The notes below the pieces were generated by a model, which saw nothing but the letters and a program-made list of their open reading frames with translations, was not told the DNA's origin and made no database searches. From NCBI RefSeq assembly GCF_009914755.1, contig NC_060939.1: a stretch of DNA of 64,000 bases, one strand, 5' to 3'. The translations under genes were made by a program, and so were the position numbers. Shown in pieces: positions 30,710 through 44,537 of the stretch (the stretch's first letter is position 1; each line of letters begins with the position of its first letter). Source of the stretch: the human T2T-CHM13v2.0 reference genome, Homo sapiens.

Positions 30710-31296
30710 CTCTCTCTGTCTCTCTGTCTGTCTCTGTCTCTCTCTTTCTCTGTCTGTCTTCTCTCTCTCTCTCTCTCTGTGTCTCTCTCTCTCTGCCTGT
30801 CTGTTTCTCTCTCTCTGCCTCTCTCTCTCTCTCTCTCTCTGCCTGTCTCTCTCACTGTGTCTGTCTTCTGTCTTACTCCCTTTCTCTGTCTGTCTGTCGG
30901 TCTCTCTCTCTCTCTCTCCCTGTCTGTATGTTTCTCTCTGTCTCTGTCTCTCTCTCTCTTTCTGTTTCTCTCTCTCCGTCTCTGTCTTTCTCTGACTGTC
31001 TCTCTCTTTCCTTCTCTCTGTCTCTCTCTGCCTGTCTCTCTCACTCTGTCTTCTGTCTTACTCTCTCTCTCTGCCTGCCTGTCTCTCTCACTCTCTCTCT
31101 CTGTGTGTCTCTCTCTCTCTTTCTGTTTCTCTCTGTCTCTCTGTCCGTCTCTGTCTTTCTCTGTCTGTCTCTTTGTCTGTCTGTCTTTGTCTTTCCTTCT
31201 CTCTGTCTCTGTCTCTCTCACTGTGTCTGTCTTCTGTCTTAGTCTCTCTCTCTCTCTCTCCCTGTCTGTCTGTCTCTCTCTCTCTCTCCCCCTGTC

Positions 31297-31341
<45 letters not shown>

Positions 31342-31614
31342 TTGTCTTTCTTTCTGTCTCTGTCTCTCTCTCTCTCTCTGTGTGTCTGTCTTCTGTCTTA
31401 CTGTCTTTCTCTGCCTGTCTGTCTGTCTGTCTCTCTCTGTCTGTCTCTCTCTCTCTCTCCCCCCTGTCGGCTGTTTCTCTGTCTCTGTCTGTGTCTCTCT
31501 TTCTGTCTGTTTCTCTCTGTCTGTCTTTCTCTCTCTGTCTCTTTCTCTCTGTCTCTCTGTCTGTCTCTGTCTCTCTCTCTGTCTCTCTCTCTCTGTGGGG
31601 GGGTGTGTGTGTGT

Positions 31615-31651
<37 letters not shown>

Positions 31652-31902
31652 TGCCTTCTGTCTTACTCTCTTTCTCTGCCTGTCTGTCTGCCTGTCTGTT
31701 TGTCTCTCTCTCTCTGCCTGTCTCTCTCCCTTCCTGTCTGTTTCTCTCTCTTTCTGTTTCTCTCTGTCTCTGTCCATCTCTGTCTTTCTCCGTCTGTCTC
31801 TTTATCTGTCTCTCTCCGTCTGTCTCTTTATCTGTCTCTCTCTCTCTTTCTGTCTTTCTCTCTCTGTGTATCGTTGTCTCTCTCTGTCTGTCTCTGTCTC
31901 TG

Positions 31903-31935
<33 letters not shown>

Positions 31936-31995
31936 GTCTGTCTGTCCGTCTGTCTGTCTCGGTCTCTGGCTCTCGCTATCTCCCGCCCTCTCTTT
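30710..31995 (+). repeat. CT/GTCT-rich tract 3 with an internal (GT)n
   Basis: Seen directly; same anchor motifs as tracts 1 and 2. Confidence 0.96.
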
Positions 31996-33278
31996 TTTTG
32001 CAAAAGAAGCTCAAGTACATCTAATCTAATCCCTTACCAAGGCCTGAATTCTTCACTTCTGACATCCCAGATTTGATCTCCCTACAGAATGCTGTACAGA
32101 ACTGGCGAGTTGATTTCTGGACTTGGATACCTCATAGAAACTACATATGAATAAAGATCCAATCCTAAAATCTGGGGTGGCTTCTCCCTCGACTGTCTCG
32201 AAAAATCGTACCTCTGTTCCCCTAGGATGCCGGAAGAGTTTTCTCAATGTGCATCTGCCCGTGTCCTAAGTGATCTGTGACCGAGCCCTGTCCGTCCTGT
32301 CTCAAATATGTACGTGCAAACACTTCTCTCCATTTCCACAACTACCCACGGCCCCTTGTGGAACCACTGGCTCTTTGAAAAAAATCCCAGAAGTGGTTTT
32401 GGCTTTTTGGCTAGGAGGCCTAAGCCTGCTGAGAACTTTCCTGCCCAGGATCCTGTGTGACCAAAAGTGCCTCTGCTGGGAGCTGGGATCCTCGGGACCA
32501 TGCTTGCTAGCGCTGGATGAGTCTCTGGAAGGACGCACGGGACTCCGCAAAGCTGACCTGTCCCACCGAGGTCAAATGGATACCTCTGCATTGGCCCGAG
32601 GCCTCCGAAGTACATCACCGTCACCAACCGTCACCGTCAGCATCCTTGTGAGCCTGCCCAAGGCCCCGCCTCCGGGGAGACTCTTGGGAGCCCGGCCTTC
32701 GTCGGCTAAAGTCCAAAGGGATGGTGACTTCCACCCACAAGGTCCCCACTGAACGGCGAAGATGTGGAGCGTAGGTCAGAGAGGGGACCAGGAGGGGAGA
32801 CGTCCCGACAGGCGACGAGTTCCCAAGGCTCTGGCCACCCCACCCACGCCCCACGCCCCACGTCCCGGGCACCCGCGGGACACCGCCGCTTTATCCCCTC
32901 CTCTGTCCACAGCCGGCCCCACCCCACCACGCAACCCACGCACACACGCTGGAGGTTCCAAAACCACACGGTGTGACTAGAGCCTGACGGAGCGAGAGCC
33001 CATTTCACGAGGTGGGAGGGGTGGGGGTGGGGTGGGTTGGGGGTTGTGGGGTCTGTGGCGAGCCCGATTCTCCCTCTTGGGTGGCTACAGGCTAGAAATG
33101 AATATCGCTTCTTGGGCGGAGGGGCTTCCTTAGGCCATCACCGCTTGCGGGACTACCTCTCAAACCCTCCCTTGAGGCCACAAAATAGATTCCACCCCAC
33201 CCATCGACGTTTCCCCCGGGTGCTGGATGTATCCTGTCAAGAGACCTGAGCCTGACACCGTCGAATTAAACACCTTGA

Positions 33279-33512
<234 letters not shown>

Positions 33513-33557
33513 TAGATTCGAGCCACACCTCATTCCGTGCCACAGAGAGACTTCTTT

Positions 33558-36500
33558 TTTTTTTTTTTTTTAAGCGCAACGCAACATGTCTGCCTTATTT
33601 GAGTGGCTTCCTATATCATTATAATTGTGTTATAGATGAAGAAACGGTATTAAACACTGTGCTAATGATAGTGAAAGTGAAGACAAAAGAAAGGCTATCT
33701 ATTTTGTGGTTAGAATAAAGTTGCTCAGTATTTAGAGCTACCTAAATACGTCAGCATTTACACTCTTCCTAGTAAAAGCTGGCCAATCTGAATAATCCTC
33801 CTTTAAACAAACACAATTTTTGATAGGGTTAAGATTTTTTTAAGAATGCGACTCCTGCAAAATAGCTGAACAGACGATACACATTTAAAAAAATAACAAC
33901 ACAAGGATCAACCAGACTTGGGAAAAAATCGAAAACCACACAAGTCTTATGAAGAACTGAGTTCTTAAAATAGGACGGAGAACGTAGCTATCGGAAGAGA
34001 AGGCAGTATTGGCAAGTTGATTGTTACGTTGGTCAGCAGTAGCTGGCACTATCTTTTTGGCCATCTTTCGGGCAATGTAACTACTACAGCAAAATGAGAT
34101 ATGATCCATGAAACAACATATTCGCAAATCAAAAAGTGTTTCAGTAATATAATGCTTCAGATTTAGAAGCAAATCAAATGATAGAACTCCACTGCTGTAA
34201 TAAGTCACCCCAAAGATCACCGTATCTGACAAAATAACTACCACAGGGTTATGACTTCAGAATCATACTTTCTCTTGATATTTACTTATGTATGTATTTA
34301 TTTTTTTTAATTTATTTCTCTTGAGACGGCGTCTCGCTCTGTCGCCCAGGCTGGAGTGCGATGGTGTGATCTCGGCTCACTGCAACCGCCACCTCCCTGG
34401 GTTCAAGCGATTCTCCTGCCTCAGCCTCCCGAGTAGCTGGGACTACAGGTGCCCGCCACCACGCCCAGCTAATCTTTATACTTTTAATAGAGACGGGGTT
34501 TCACCGTGTCGGCCCGGATGGTCTCGATCTCTTGACCTCGTGACCCGCCCGCCTCGGCCTCCCAAAGTGCTGGGATGACAGGCGTGAGCCACTGAGCCCG
34601 GCCTTCTCTTGACGTTTAAACTATGAAGTCAGTCCAGAGAAACGCAATAAATGTCAACGGTGAGGATGGTGTTGAGGCAGAAGTAGGACCACACTTTTTC
34701 CTATCTTATTCAGTTGATAACAATATGACCTAGGTAGTAATTTCCTATGTGCCTACTTATACACGAGTACAAAAGAGTAAAACAGAGAGACTGCTAAATT
34801 AAAGGGTACGTGAAGTTCTTCATAGTAACTCCGTAAACTGGAACACTGTCAAAAAGCAGCAGCTAGTGAATTGTTTCCATGTATTTTTCTATGATCCAAT
34901 AAGTGAACTATGCTATTCCTTTCCAGTCTCCCAAGCACTTCTTGTCCCCATCACCACTTCGGTGCTCGAAGAAAAAGTAACAAATCAAGGAACACAACTA
35001 AAGAAACACACACACAAACCAAAGACAACTACAGCGTCTGCAAAAGTTTGCTAGAAGACTGAAACTGTTGAGTATAAGGATCTGGTATTCTACGATGATC
35101 ATGAGTTCACTTCAGAGTTTGTTCAAGACATACGTTTCGTAAGGAAACATCTTAGTTAGAAGTTATTCAGCAGTAGGTACCATCCCTAAGTATTTTTCAC
35201 CAAATTCGTGACAATAAAGAGCTATCTAACCAGAAAAATTAGCGAGTACCGGCACCATCCATAGGGCTTTGTCTTTACGCTTCATTAGCACTTACCATGC
35301 CTTACAATGTCTAGGATTGACCCTGATAGCATTTCGAAAACAAGCTAATGCTTTGTCCAGTTCTTCAGTGAAGACAAGCTCACGCCCTAATGCGCTATAG
35401 GCATAAGCATCATTTGGATCCACTTCGAGAGTTCTCTGGAAGAATTGAATCGCAATATCGTGTTCCCGTTGCAGACCGAAACAGTTCCCTGCAGCACACC
35501 AGGCCTCTGGCTGGCGAATTTTTATCCATGTCTGTGAAGTCTTTGGACAGAACTGAAAGAGCAACCTCTTTCGGAGGATGCCAAAGTGTTGTAGAGTAGA
35601 TCTCCATGCCTTCGACTCTGTAATTCTCAATCCTCCTAACCTCTGAGAATTGTCTTTCAGCTTGCGTGGACTCTGAAAGTTTACAATAGGCCCTTCCGAT
35701 TTGGCACAGTACCCAACCGGTATTGCAGTGGTGAGAAGCTAGATGGCTCAAGATGCTGATAGCTTCTTTGCCGTGGTAAGAACACAAAGCTAAATAACCT
35801 TTCCCCCTTTCACGAAGAAGGCTCATCAAGCCTTCCGCTGCTGCTTTTTGTAGATTAAAAGCCTGAATCTGAGGCGCGATTGCGGCTATTTTCCCTTCTG
35901 AAATGACGGAAGAGTCCAATTTTGTCACTTCCAGGCTATCACTTATGTTCGGTGGAGTTATTGCTCCTTTATTAGTTTTACTTTTGGTTCTTCTGTTTGG
36001 GATTTTAGGTGGAAACTTCATTTTTAATTTTCTCCTATTCTCCTCGGTTGTGGAGCTGTCACTAGTCAAGAGTCGTGAATTTCTTCGAGGCGGTGCATTT
36101 GGGGGAGATGCCATAGTGGGGCTCAATACCTGAGGTGTTGCCCTTGTCGGCGGACCAGAACTTTGTGTTTTTGCAAGGACTGGAGTTACCTTTCGGCTCT
36201 TTCCCCTCTGCGAGAAGACAGACGGTGTTCCGGTTTGGCCGATTCTGGCAACAGGCTTTTCTGAAGGGGCTCCGGTGGATGGCACGTCAATGACAGACGG
36301 TGTCTCATACCAGTGCAGTTTTGTCAATAGGGTCCGTCTCCGGGACTTGGGGTTTCTAATGGCAAAATGCCAACACTTGGGGTTAATGGACTAACAGCTG
36401 CTGGTCCTCCTAATAAACTTCGACCAGTTTTTGGTTTATGTTGAACCTGTTTAGATCATATGGAAGTTCCTGTTCCCAGTGGGACAGTATCAGGTGAAAG

Positions 36501-37356
36501 GACAGCTGAATCGATAGAAGACACTGGGGAGTCTGTATTCAAGGAGTACTTTGAATTGGAAGATTCTAAATTCCATCCGTTTCATTCGACGGTGTCCTGG
36601 GGTGTTTCCGTAAGAACGGTCTCGGGCTGTCTGTGACATAAACTAGGACGAGGTCCAAGTGTTGTGGCGCAACACTTGGACAGGCAGTTGCTAAAGCTCT
36701 CTAGAGAGGTGAATCAAAATGTTTGGTCAGGATCTGGCTTTTCCCCCCTATTTCACATCATGATTCAAAGGGACACCAGAGGAAAGGATTTCAACGAAGG
36801 CTCTTTTGGTCACATTCTGATCCTTTGGTAAGCCGATCTGTCTTGCAATATACATGTCCCGACGATGGAAGGGGAAAGCGAGCTGAATCACCAAACTCAG
36901 GAACGATAATATCATCGTGGCTTTTCTGCTTATGAAACACTCCACCCGATAAGATTTGATCCCCTTCTGCAAGCTTGCTGAGATCAACACAACATTTCGC
37001 AAGCAGGCATTTGCATTGCGGGGTAGTACAACTGTGTCCTTTCAAGAGTCTATATGTTTTATAGGCCTTTCCTGAGCGGTAAGAACAGGTCGCCAGTAAG
37101 AACAAGGCTTCTTCTGAGTGTACTTCTGCATAAAGGCGTTCTGCGGGGGAAACCGCATCTCGGTAGGCATAGTGGTTTAGTGCTTGCCATATAGCAGCCT
37201 GGACGGGTCCCTGCAGCACCGCCATCCTCGAGGCTCAGGCCCACTTTCTGCAGTGCCACAGGCACCCCCCCCCCCCCCCATAGCGGCTCCGGCCCGGCCA
37301 GCCTCGGCTCATTTAAAGGCACCAGCCGCCGTTACCGGGGGATGGGGGAGTCCGAG
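33558..37356 (-). pseudogene. CDC27P: CDC27 (APC3) processed pseudogene: 5'UTR, CDS-derived 37225-35296, then a non-coding tail ending in poly(A) at 33571-33555
   Basis: Translations MAVLQGPVQAAIWQALNHYAYRDAV..., ...KAAAEGLMSLLRE..., ...EELDKALACFRNAIRVNPRH match CDC27 with stops and frameshifts and no internal introns. A 16-bp TSD-like pair lies at 33542-33557 and 37357-37372. Confidence 0.93.
34285..34603 (-). mobile_element. Full-length Alu with TSD, inside the CDC27 retrocopy tail
   Basis: Complete dimer; TSD TTCTCTTGATATTTA (34270-34284) / TTCTCTTGACGTTTA (34604-34618). Confidence 0.92.
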
Positions 37357-37881
37357 ACAGAATGACTTCTTTATCCTGCTGACTCTGGAAAGCCCGGCGC
37401 CTTGTGATCCATTGCAAACCGAGAGTCACCTCGTGTTTAGAACACGGATCCACTCCCAAGTTCAGTGGGGGGATGTGAGGGGTGTGGCAGGTAGGACGAA
37501 GGACTCTCTTCCTTCTGATTCGGTCTGCACAGTGGGGCCTAGGGCTGGAGCTCTCTCCGTGCGGACCGCTGACTCCCTCTACCTTGGGTTCCCTCGGCCC
37601 CACCCTGGAACGCCGGGCCTTGGCAGATTCTGGCCCTTCCTGGCCCTTCAGTCGCTGTCAGAAACCCCATCTCATGCTCGGATGCCCCGAGTGACTGTGG
37701 CTCGCACCTCTCCGGAAACATTGGAAATCTCTCCTCTACGCGCGGCCACCTGAAACCACAGGAGCTCGGGACACACGTGCTTTCGGGAGAGAATGCTGAG
37801 AGTCTCTTGCCGACTCTCTCTTGACTTGAGTTCTTCGTGGGTGCGTGGTTAAGACGTAGTGAGACCAGATGTATTAACTCA

Positions 37882-38045
37882 GGCCGGGTGCTGGTGGCTC
37901 ACGCCTGTAACCCCAACACTTTGGGAGGCCGAGGCCGTAGGATCCCTCGAGGAATCGCCTAACCCTGGGGAGGTTGAGGTTGCAGTGAGTGAGCCATAGT
38001 TGTGTCACTGTGCTCCAGTCTGGGCGAAAGACAGAATGAGGCCCT
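37882..38045 (+). mobile_element. Old Alu with a large internal deletion
   Basis: ggccgggtgctggtggctcacgcctgtaacccc...gaggttgcagtgagtgagcc...ctccagtctgggcg. Confidence 0.8.
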
Positions 38046-38145
38046 GCCACAGGCAGGCAGGCAGGCAGGCAGGCAGAAAGACAACAGCTGTATTATGTTC
38101 TTCTCAGGGTAGGAAGCAAAAATAACAGAATACAGCACTTAATTA

Positions 38146-39027
<882 letters not shown>

Positions 39028-39572
39028 ACCCCCCCTTTCCCCTTCCCCCGCTTGTCTTCCCGACAGACAGTTTCACGGCAGAGCGTTTGGCTGGCGTGCT
39101 TAAACTCATTCTAAATAGAAATTTGGGACGTCAGCTTCTGGCCTCACGGACTCTGAGCCGAGGAGTCCCCTGGTCTGTCTATCACAGGACCGTACACGTA
39201 AGGAGGAGAAAAATCGTAACGTTCAAAGTCAGTCATTTTGTGATACAGAAATACACGGATTCACCCAAAACACAGAAAGCAGTCTTTTAGAAATGGCCTT
39301 AGCCCTGGTGTCCGTGCCAGTGATTCTTTTCGGTTTGGACCTTGACTGAGAGGATTCCCAGTCGGTCTCTCGTCTCTGGACGGAAGTTCCAGATGATCCG
39401 ATGGGTGGGGGACTTAGGCTGCGTCCCCCCAGGAGCCCTGGTCGATTAGTTGTGGGGATCGCCTTGGAGGGCGCGGTGACCCACTGTGCTGTGGGAGCCT
39501 CCATCCTTCCCCCCACCCCCTCCCCAGGGGATCCCAATTCATTCCGGGCTGACACGCTCACTGGCAGGCGTC

Positions 39573-39594
39573 GGGCATCACCTAGCGGTCACTG
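39573..39594 (-). promoter_or_regulatory. CTCF-like motif about 4.9 kb upstream of the next TSS
   Basis: The minus strand reads CAGTGACCGCTAGGTGATGCCC; paralog of the 29423 motif. Confidence 0.5.
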
Positions 39595-39844
39595 TTACTC
39601 TGAAAACGGAGGCCTCACAGAGGAAGGGAGCACCAGGCCGCCTGCGCACAGCCTGGGGCAACTGTGTCTTCTCCACCGCCCCCGCCCCCACCTCCAAGTT
39701 CCTCCCTCCCTTGTTGCCTAGGAAATCGCCACTTTGACGACCGGGTCTGATTGACCTTTGATCAGGCAAAAACGAACAAACAGATAAATAAATAAAATAA
39801 CACAAAAGTAACTAACTAAATAAAATAAGTCAATACAACCCATT

Positions 39845-39980
39845 ACAATACAATAAGATACGATACGATAGGATGCGATAGGATACGATAGGATACAATA
39901 CAATACGATACGATACGATACAATACAATACAATACAATACAATACAATACAATACAATACAATACAATACAATACAATA
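39845..39980 (+). repeat. (AATAC)/(GATAC)/(GATAG) pentanucleotide microsatellite
   Basis: Seen directly. Confidence 0.93.
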
Positions 39981-40818
<838 letters not shown>

Positions 40819-41090
40819 TTAACTTCATTTTATGTTATTATCATGATTGATGTTTCGAGACGGAGTCTCGGAGGCCCGCCCTCCCTGGTTGCCCAGACAA
40901 CCCCGGGAGACAGACCCTGGCTGGGCCCGATTGTTCTTCTCCTTGGTCAGGGGTTTCCTTGTCTTTCTTCGTGTCTTTAACCCGCGTGGACTCTTCCGCT
41001 CGGGTTTGACAGATGGCAGCTCCACTTTAGGCCTTGTTGTTGTTGGGGACTTTCCTGATTCTCCCCAGATGTAGTGAAAGCAGGTAGATT

Positions 41091-41120
41091 TGCCTTGCCT
41101 GGACTTGCCTGGCCTTGCCT
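41091..41120 (+). promoter_or_regulatory. RGC p53 response element
   Basis: TGCCTTGCCT GGACTTGCCT GGCCTTGCCT: three tandem decamers including a consensus RRRCWWGYYY half-site. This matches the classic ribosomal gene cluster p53 site as I recall it. Confidence 0.85.
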
Positions 41121-41192
41121 TTTCTTTCTTTCTTTCTTTATTACTTTCTCTTTTTCTTCTTCTTCTTCTTCTTCTTCTTCTTCTTCTTCTTC

Positions 41193-41484
41193 TTTTTTTT
41201 TTTGAGACAGAGTTTCACTCTTGTTGCCCAGGCTAGAGGGCAATGGTGCGATCTCGGCTCACCGCACCCTCCGCCTCCCAGGTTCAAGCGATTCTCCTGC
41301 CTCAGCCTCCTGATTAGCTGGGATTACAGGCATGGGCCACCGTGCCTGGCTGATGTTTGTACTTTTAGTAGAGACGGTGTTTTTCCATGTTGGTCAGGCT
41401 GGTCTCCCACTCCCAACCTCAGGTGGTCCGCCTGCCTTAGCCTCCCAAAGTGCTGGGATGACAGGCGTGAGCCACCGCGCCCAG

Positions 41485-41486
<2 letters not shown>
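41193..41486 (-). mobile_element. AluS, full length, with a (TTC)n-extended tail
   Basis: gagacagagtttcactcttgttgcccaggct...gagccaccgcgcccagcc. Confidence 0.9.
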
Positions 41487-41489
<3 letters not shown>

Positions 41490-41537
<48 letters not shown>

Positions 41538-42184
41538 CGCTTGCTTGCTTGCTTTCGTGCTTTCTTGCTTTCCCGTTTTCTTGCTTTCTTTCTTTCTTTC
41601 GTTTCTTTCATGCTTGCTTTCTTGCTTGCTTGCTTGCTTTCGTGCTTTCTTGCTTTCCTGTTTTCTTTTTCTTTCTTTCTTTCTTTCTTTCTTTTGTTTC
41701 TTTCTTGCTTGCTTTCTTGCTTGCTTGCTTGCTTTCGTGCTTTCTTGCTTTCCTGTTTTCTTTCTTTCTTTCTTTCTTTTGTTTCTTTCTTGCTTGCTTT
41801 CTTGCTTGCTTGCTTTCGTGCTTTCTTGTTTTCTCGATTTCTTTCTTTCTTTTGTTTCTTTCCTGCTTGCTTTCTTGCTTGATTGCTTTCGTGCTTTCTT
41901 GCTTTCTTGTTTTCTTTCTTTCTTTTGTTTCTTTCTTTCTTGCTTCCTTGTTTTCTTGCTTTCTTGCTTGCTTGCTTTCGTGCTTTCTTGTTTTCTTGCT
42001 TTCTTTCTTTTGTTTCTTTCTTGCTTGCTTTCTTGCTTCCTTGTTTTCTTGCTTTCTTGCTTGCTTGCTTTCGTGCTTTCTTTCTTGCTTTCTTTTCTTT
42101 CTTTCTTTTCTTTTTCTTTCTTTCTTGCTTTCTTTTCTTTCATTCATTCATTCTTTCTTTCTTTCCTTTCTTTCTTTCTTTCTT

Positions 42185-42231
<47 letters not shown>

Positions 42232-42232
42232 G
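41490..42232 (+). repeat. (TC)n then (TTGC)/(TTTC) degenerate tandem tract with a recurring gctttcgtgctttcttg unit
   Basis: Seen directly; the unit recurs roughly every 80-90 bp. Confidence 0.92.
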
Positions 42233-42240
42233 TTTCGTCC

Positions 42241-42534
<294 letters not shown>

Positions 42535-43612
42535 TGTTGACTCATTTCGCTTTTTTATTTCTTTCGTTTCCACGCGTTTACTTATATGTATTAATGTAAA
42601 CGTTTCTGTACGCTTATATGCAAACAACGACAACGTGTATCTCTGCGTTGAATACTCTTGCGTATGGTAAATACGTATCGGTTGTATGGAAATAGACTTC
42701 TGTATGATAGATGTAGGTGTTTGTGTTATACAAATAAATACACATCGCTCTATAAAGAAGGGATCGTCGATAAAGACGTTTATTTTACGTATGAAAAGCG
42801 TCGTATTTATGTGTGTAAATGAACGAGCGTACGTAGTTATCTCTGTTTTCTTTCTTCCTCTCCTTCGTGTTTTTCTTCCTTCCTTTCTTCCTTTCTCTCC
42901 TTCTTTAGGTTTTTCTTCCTCTCTTCCTTTCCTTCTTTCTCTCTTTCTGTCCTTTTTTCCTTCGTGCTTTATTTCTCTTTCGTTCCCTGTGTTTCCTTCT
43001 TTTTTCTTTCCTCTCTGTTTCTTTTTCCCTTCTTTCCTTCGTTTCTTTCCTCATTCTTTCTCTCTTTTTCGTGTTTCTTTCCTTTCCGTCTGTCTTTTAA
43101 AAAATGGAGTGTTTCAGAAGTTTACTTTGTGTATCTACGTTTTCTAAATTGTCTCTCTTTTCTCCATTTTCTTCCTCCCTCCCTCCCTCCCTCCCTCCCT
43201 GCTCCCTTCCCTCCCTCCTTCCCTTTCGCCATCTGTCTCTTTTCCCCACTCCCCTCCCCCCGTCTGTCTCTGCGTGGATTCCGGAAGAGCCTACGCATTC
43301 TGCCTCTCCGTGTGTCTGCAGCGACCCGCGACCGAGTCCTTGTGTGTTCTTTCTCCCTCCCTCCCTCCCTCCCTCCCTCCCTCCCTCCCTGCTTCCGAGA
43401 GGCATCTCCAAACACCCACGCGCCGTGGGTTGTCTTCTGACTCTGTCGCGGTCGAGGCAGAGACGCGTTTTGGGCACCGTTTGTGTGGGGTTGGGGCAGA
43501 GGGGCTGCGTTTTCGGCCTCGGGAAGAGCTTCTCGACTCACGGTTTCGCTTTCGCGGTCCACGGGCCGCCCTGCCAGCCGGATCTGTCTCGCTGACGTCC
43601 GCGGCGGTTGTC

Positions 43613-43632
43613 GGGCTCCATCTGGCGGCCGC
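43613..43632 (-). promoter_or_regulatory. CTCF-like motif, unit 2
   Basis: Copy of 1086-1105. Confidence 0.7.
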
Positions 43633-43869
43633 TTTGAGATCGTGCTCTCGGCTTCCGGAGCTGCGGTGGCAGCTGCCGAGGGAGGGGACCGTCCCCGCTG
43701 TGAGCTAGGCAGAGCTCCGGAAAGCCCGCGGTCGTCAGCCCGGCTGGCCCGGTGGCGCCAGAGCTGTGGCGCGTCGCTTGTGAGTCACAGCTCTGGCGTG
43801 CAGGTTTATGTGGGGGAGAGGCTGTCGCTGCGCTTCTGGGCCCGCGGCGGGCGTGGGGCTGCCCGGGCC

Positions 43870-43879
43870 GGTCGACCAG
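43870..43879 (+). terminator. Sal box Tsp, unit 2
   Basis: GGTCGACCAG. Confidence 0.7.
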
Positions 43880-44341
43880 CGCGCCGTAGCTCCCGAGGCC
43901 CGAGCCGCGACCCGCGGGGACCCGCCGCGCGTGGCGCGGGAGGCTGGGGACGCCCTTCCCGGCCCGGTCGCGGGTCCGCGCTCATCCTGGCCGTCTGAGG
44001 CGGCGGCCGAATTCGTTTCCGAGTCCCCGTGGGGAGCCGGGGACCGTCCCGCCCCCGTCCCCCGGGTGCCGGGGAGCGGTCCCCGGGCCGGGCCGCGGTC
44101 CCTCTGCCGCGATCCTTTCTGGCGAGTCCCCGTGCGGAGTCGGAGAGCGCTCCCTGAGCGCGCGTGCGGCCCGAGAGGTCGCGCCTGGCCGGCCTTCGGT
44201 CCCTCGTGTGTCCCGGTCGTAGGAGGGGCCGGCCGAAAATGCTTCCGGCTCCCGCTCTGGAGACACGGGCCGGCCCCCTGCGTGTGGCACGGGCGGCCGG
44301 GAGGGCGTCCCCGGCCCGGCGCTGCTCCCGCGTGTGTCCTG

Positions 44342-44352
44342 GGGTTGACCAG
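44342..44352 (+). terminator. T0-like Sal-box variant, unit 2
   Basis: GGGTTGACCAG. Confidence 0.6.
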
Positions 44353-44361
44353 AGGGCCCCG

Positions 44362-44537
44362 GGCGCTCCGTGTGTGGCTGCGATGGTGGCGTTTTTGGGG
44401 ACAGGTGTCCGTGTCGCGCGTCGCCTGGGCCGGCGGCGTGGTCGGTGACGCGACCTCCCGGCCCCGGGGGAGGTATATCTTTCGCTCCGAGTCGGCATTT
44501 TGGGCCGCCGGGTTATTGCTGACACGCTGTCCTCTGG
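44362..44537 (+). promoter_or_regulatory. Pol I 47S promoter, unit 2; TSS at 44518
   Basis: Identical to the unit 1 promoter. Confidence 0.93.

Noticed and set aside
33885-34244. 119-aa AT-rich ORF within the CDC27 retrocopy tail
   Set aside because: It has a non-ATG start and no similarity to CDC27 or any known family; this is probably intron-derived sequence.
39548-39558. GCTGACACGCT, identical to +1..+11 of the 47S start
   Set aside because: There is no upstream core-promoter similarity, and an isolated 11-mer noticed post hoc is compatible with chance.
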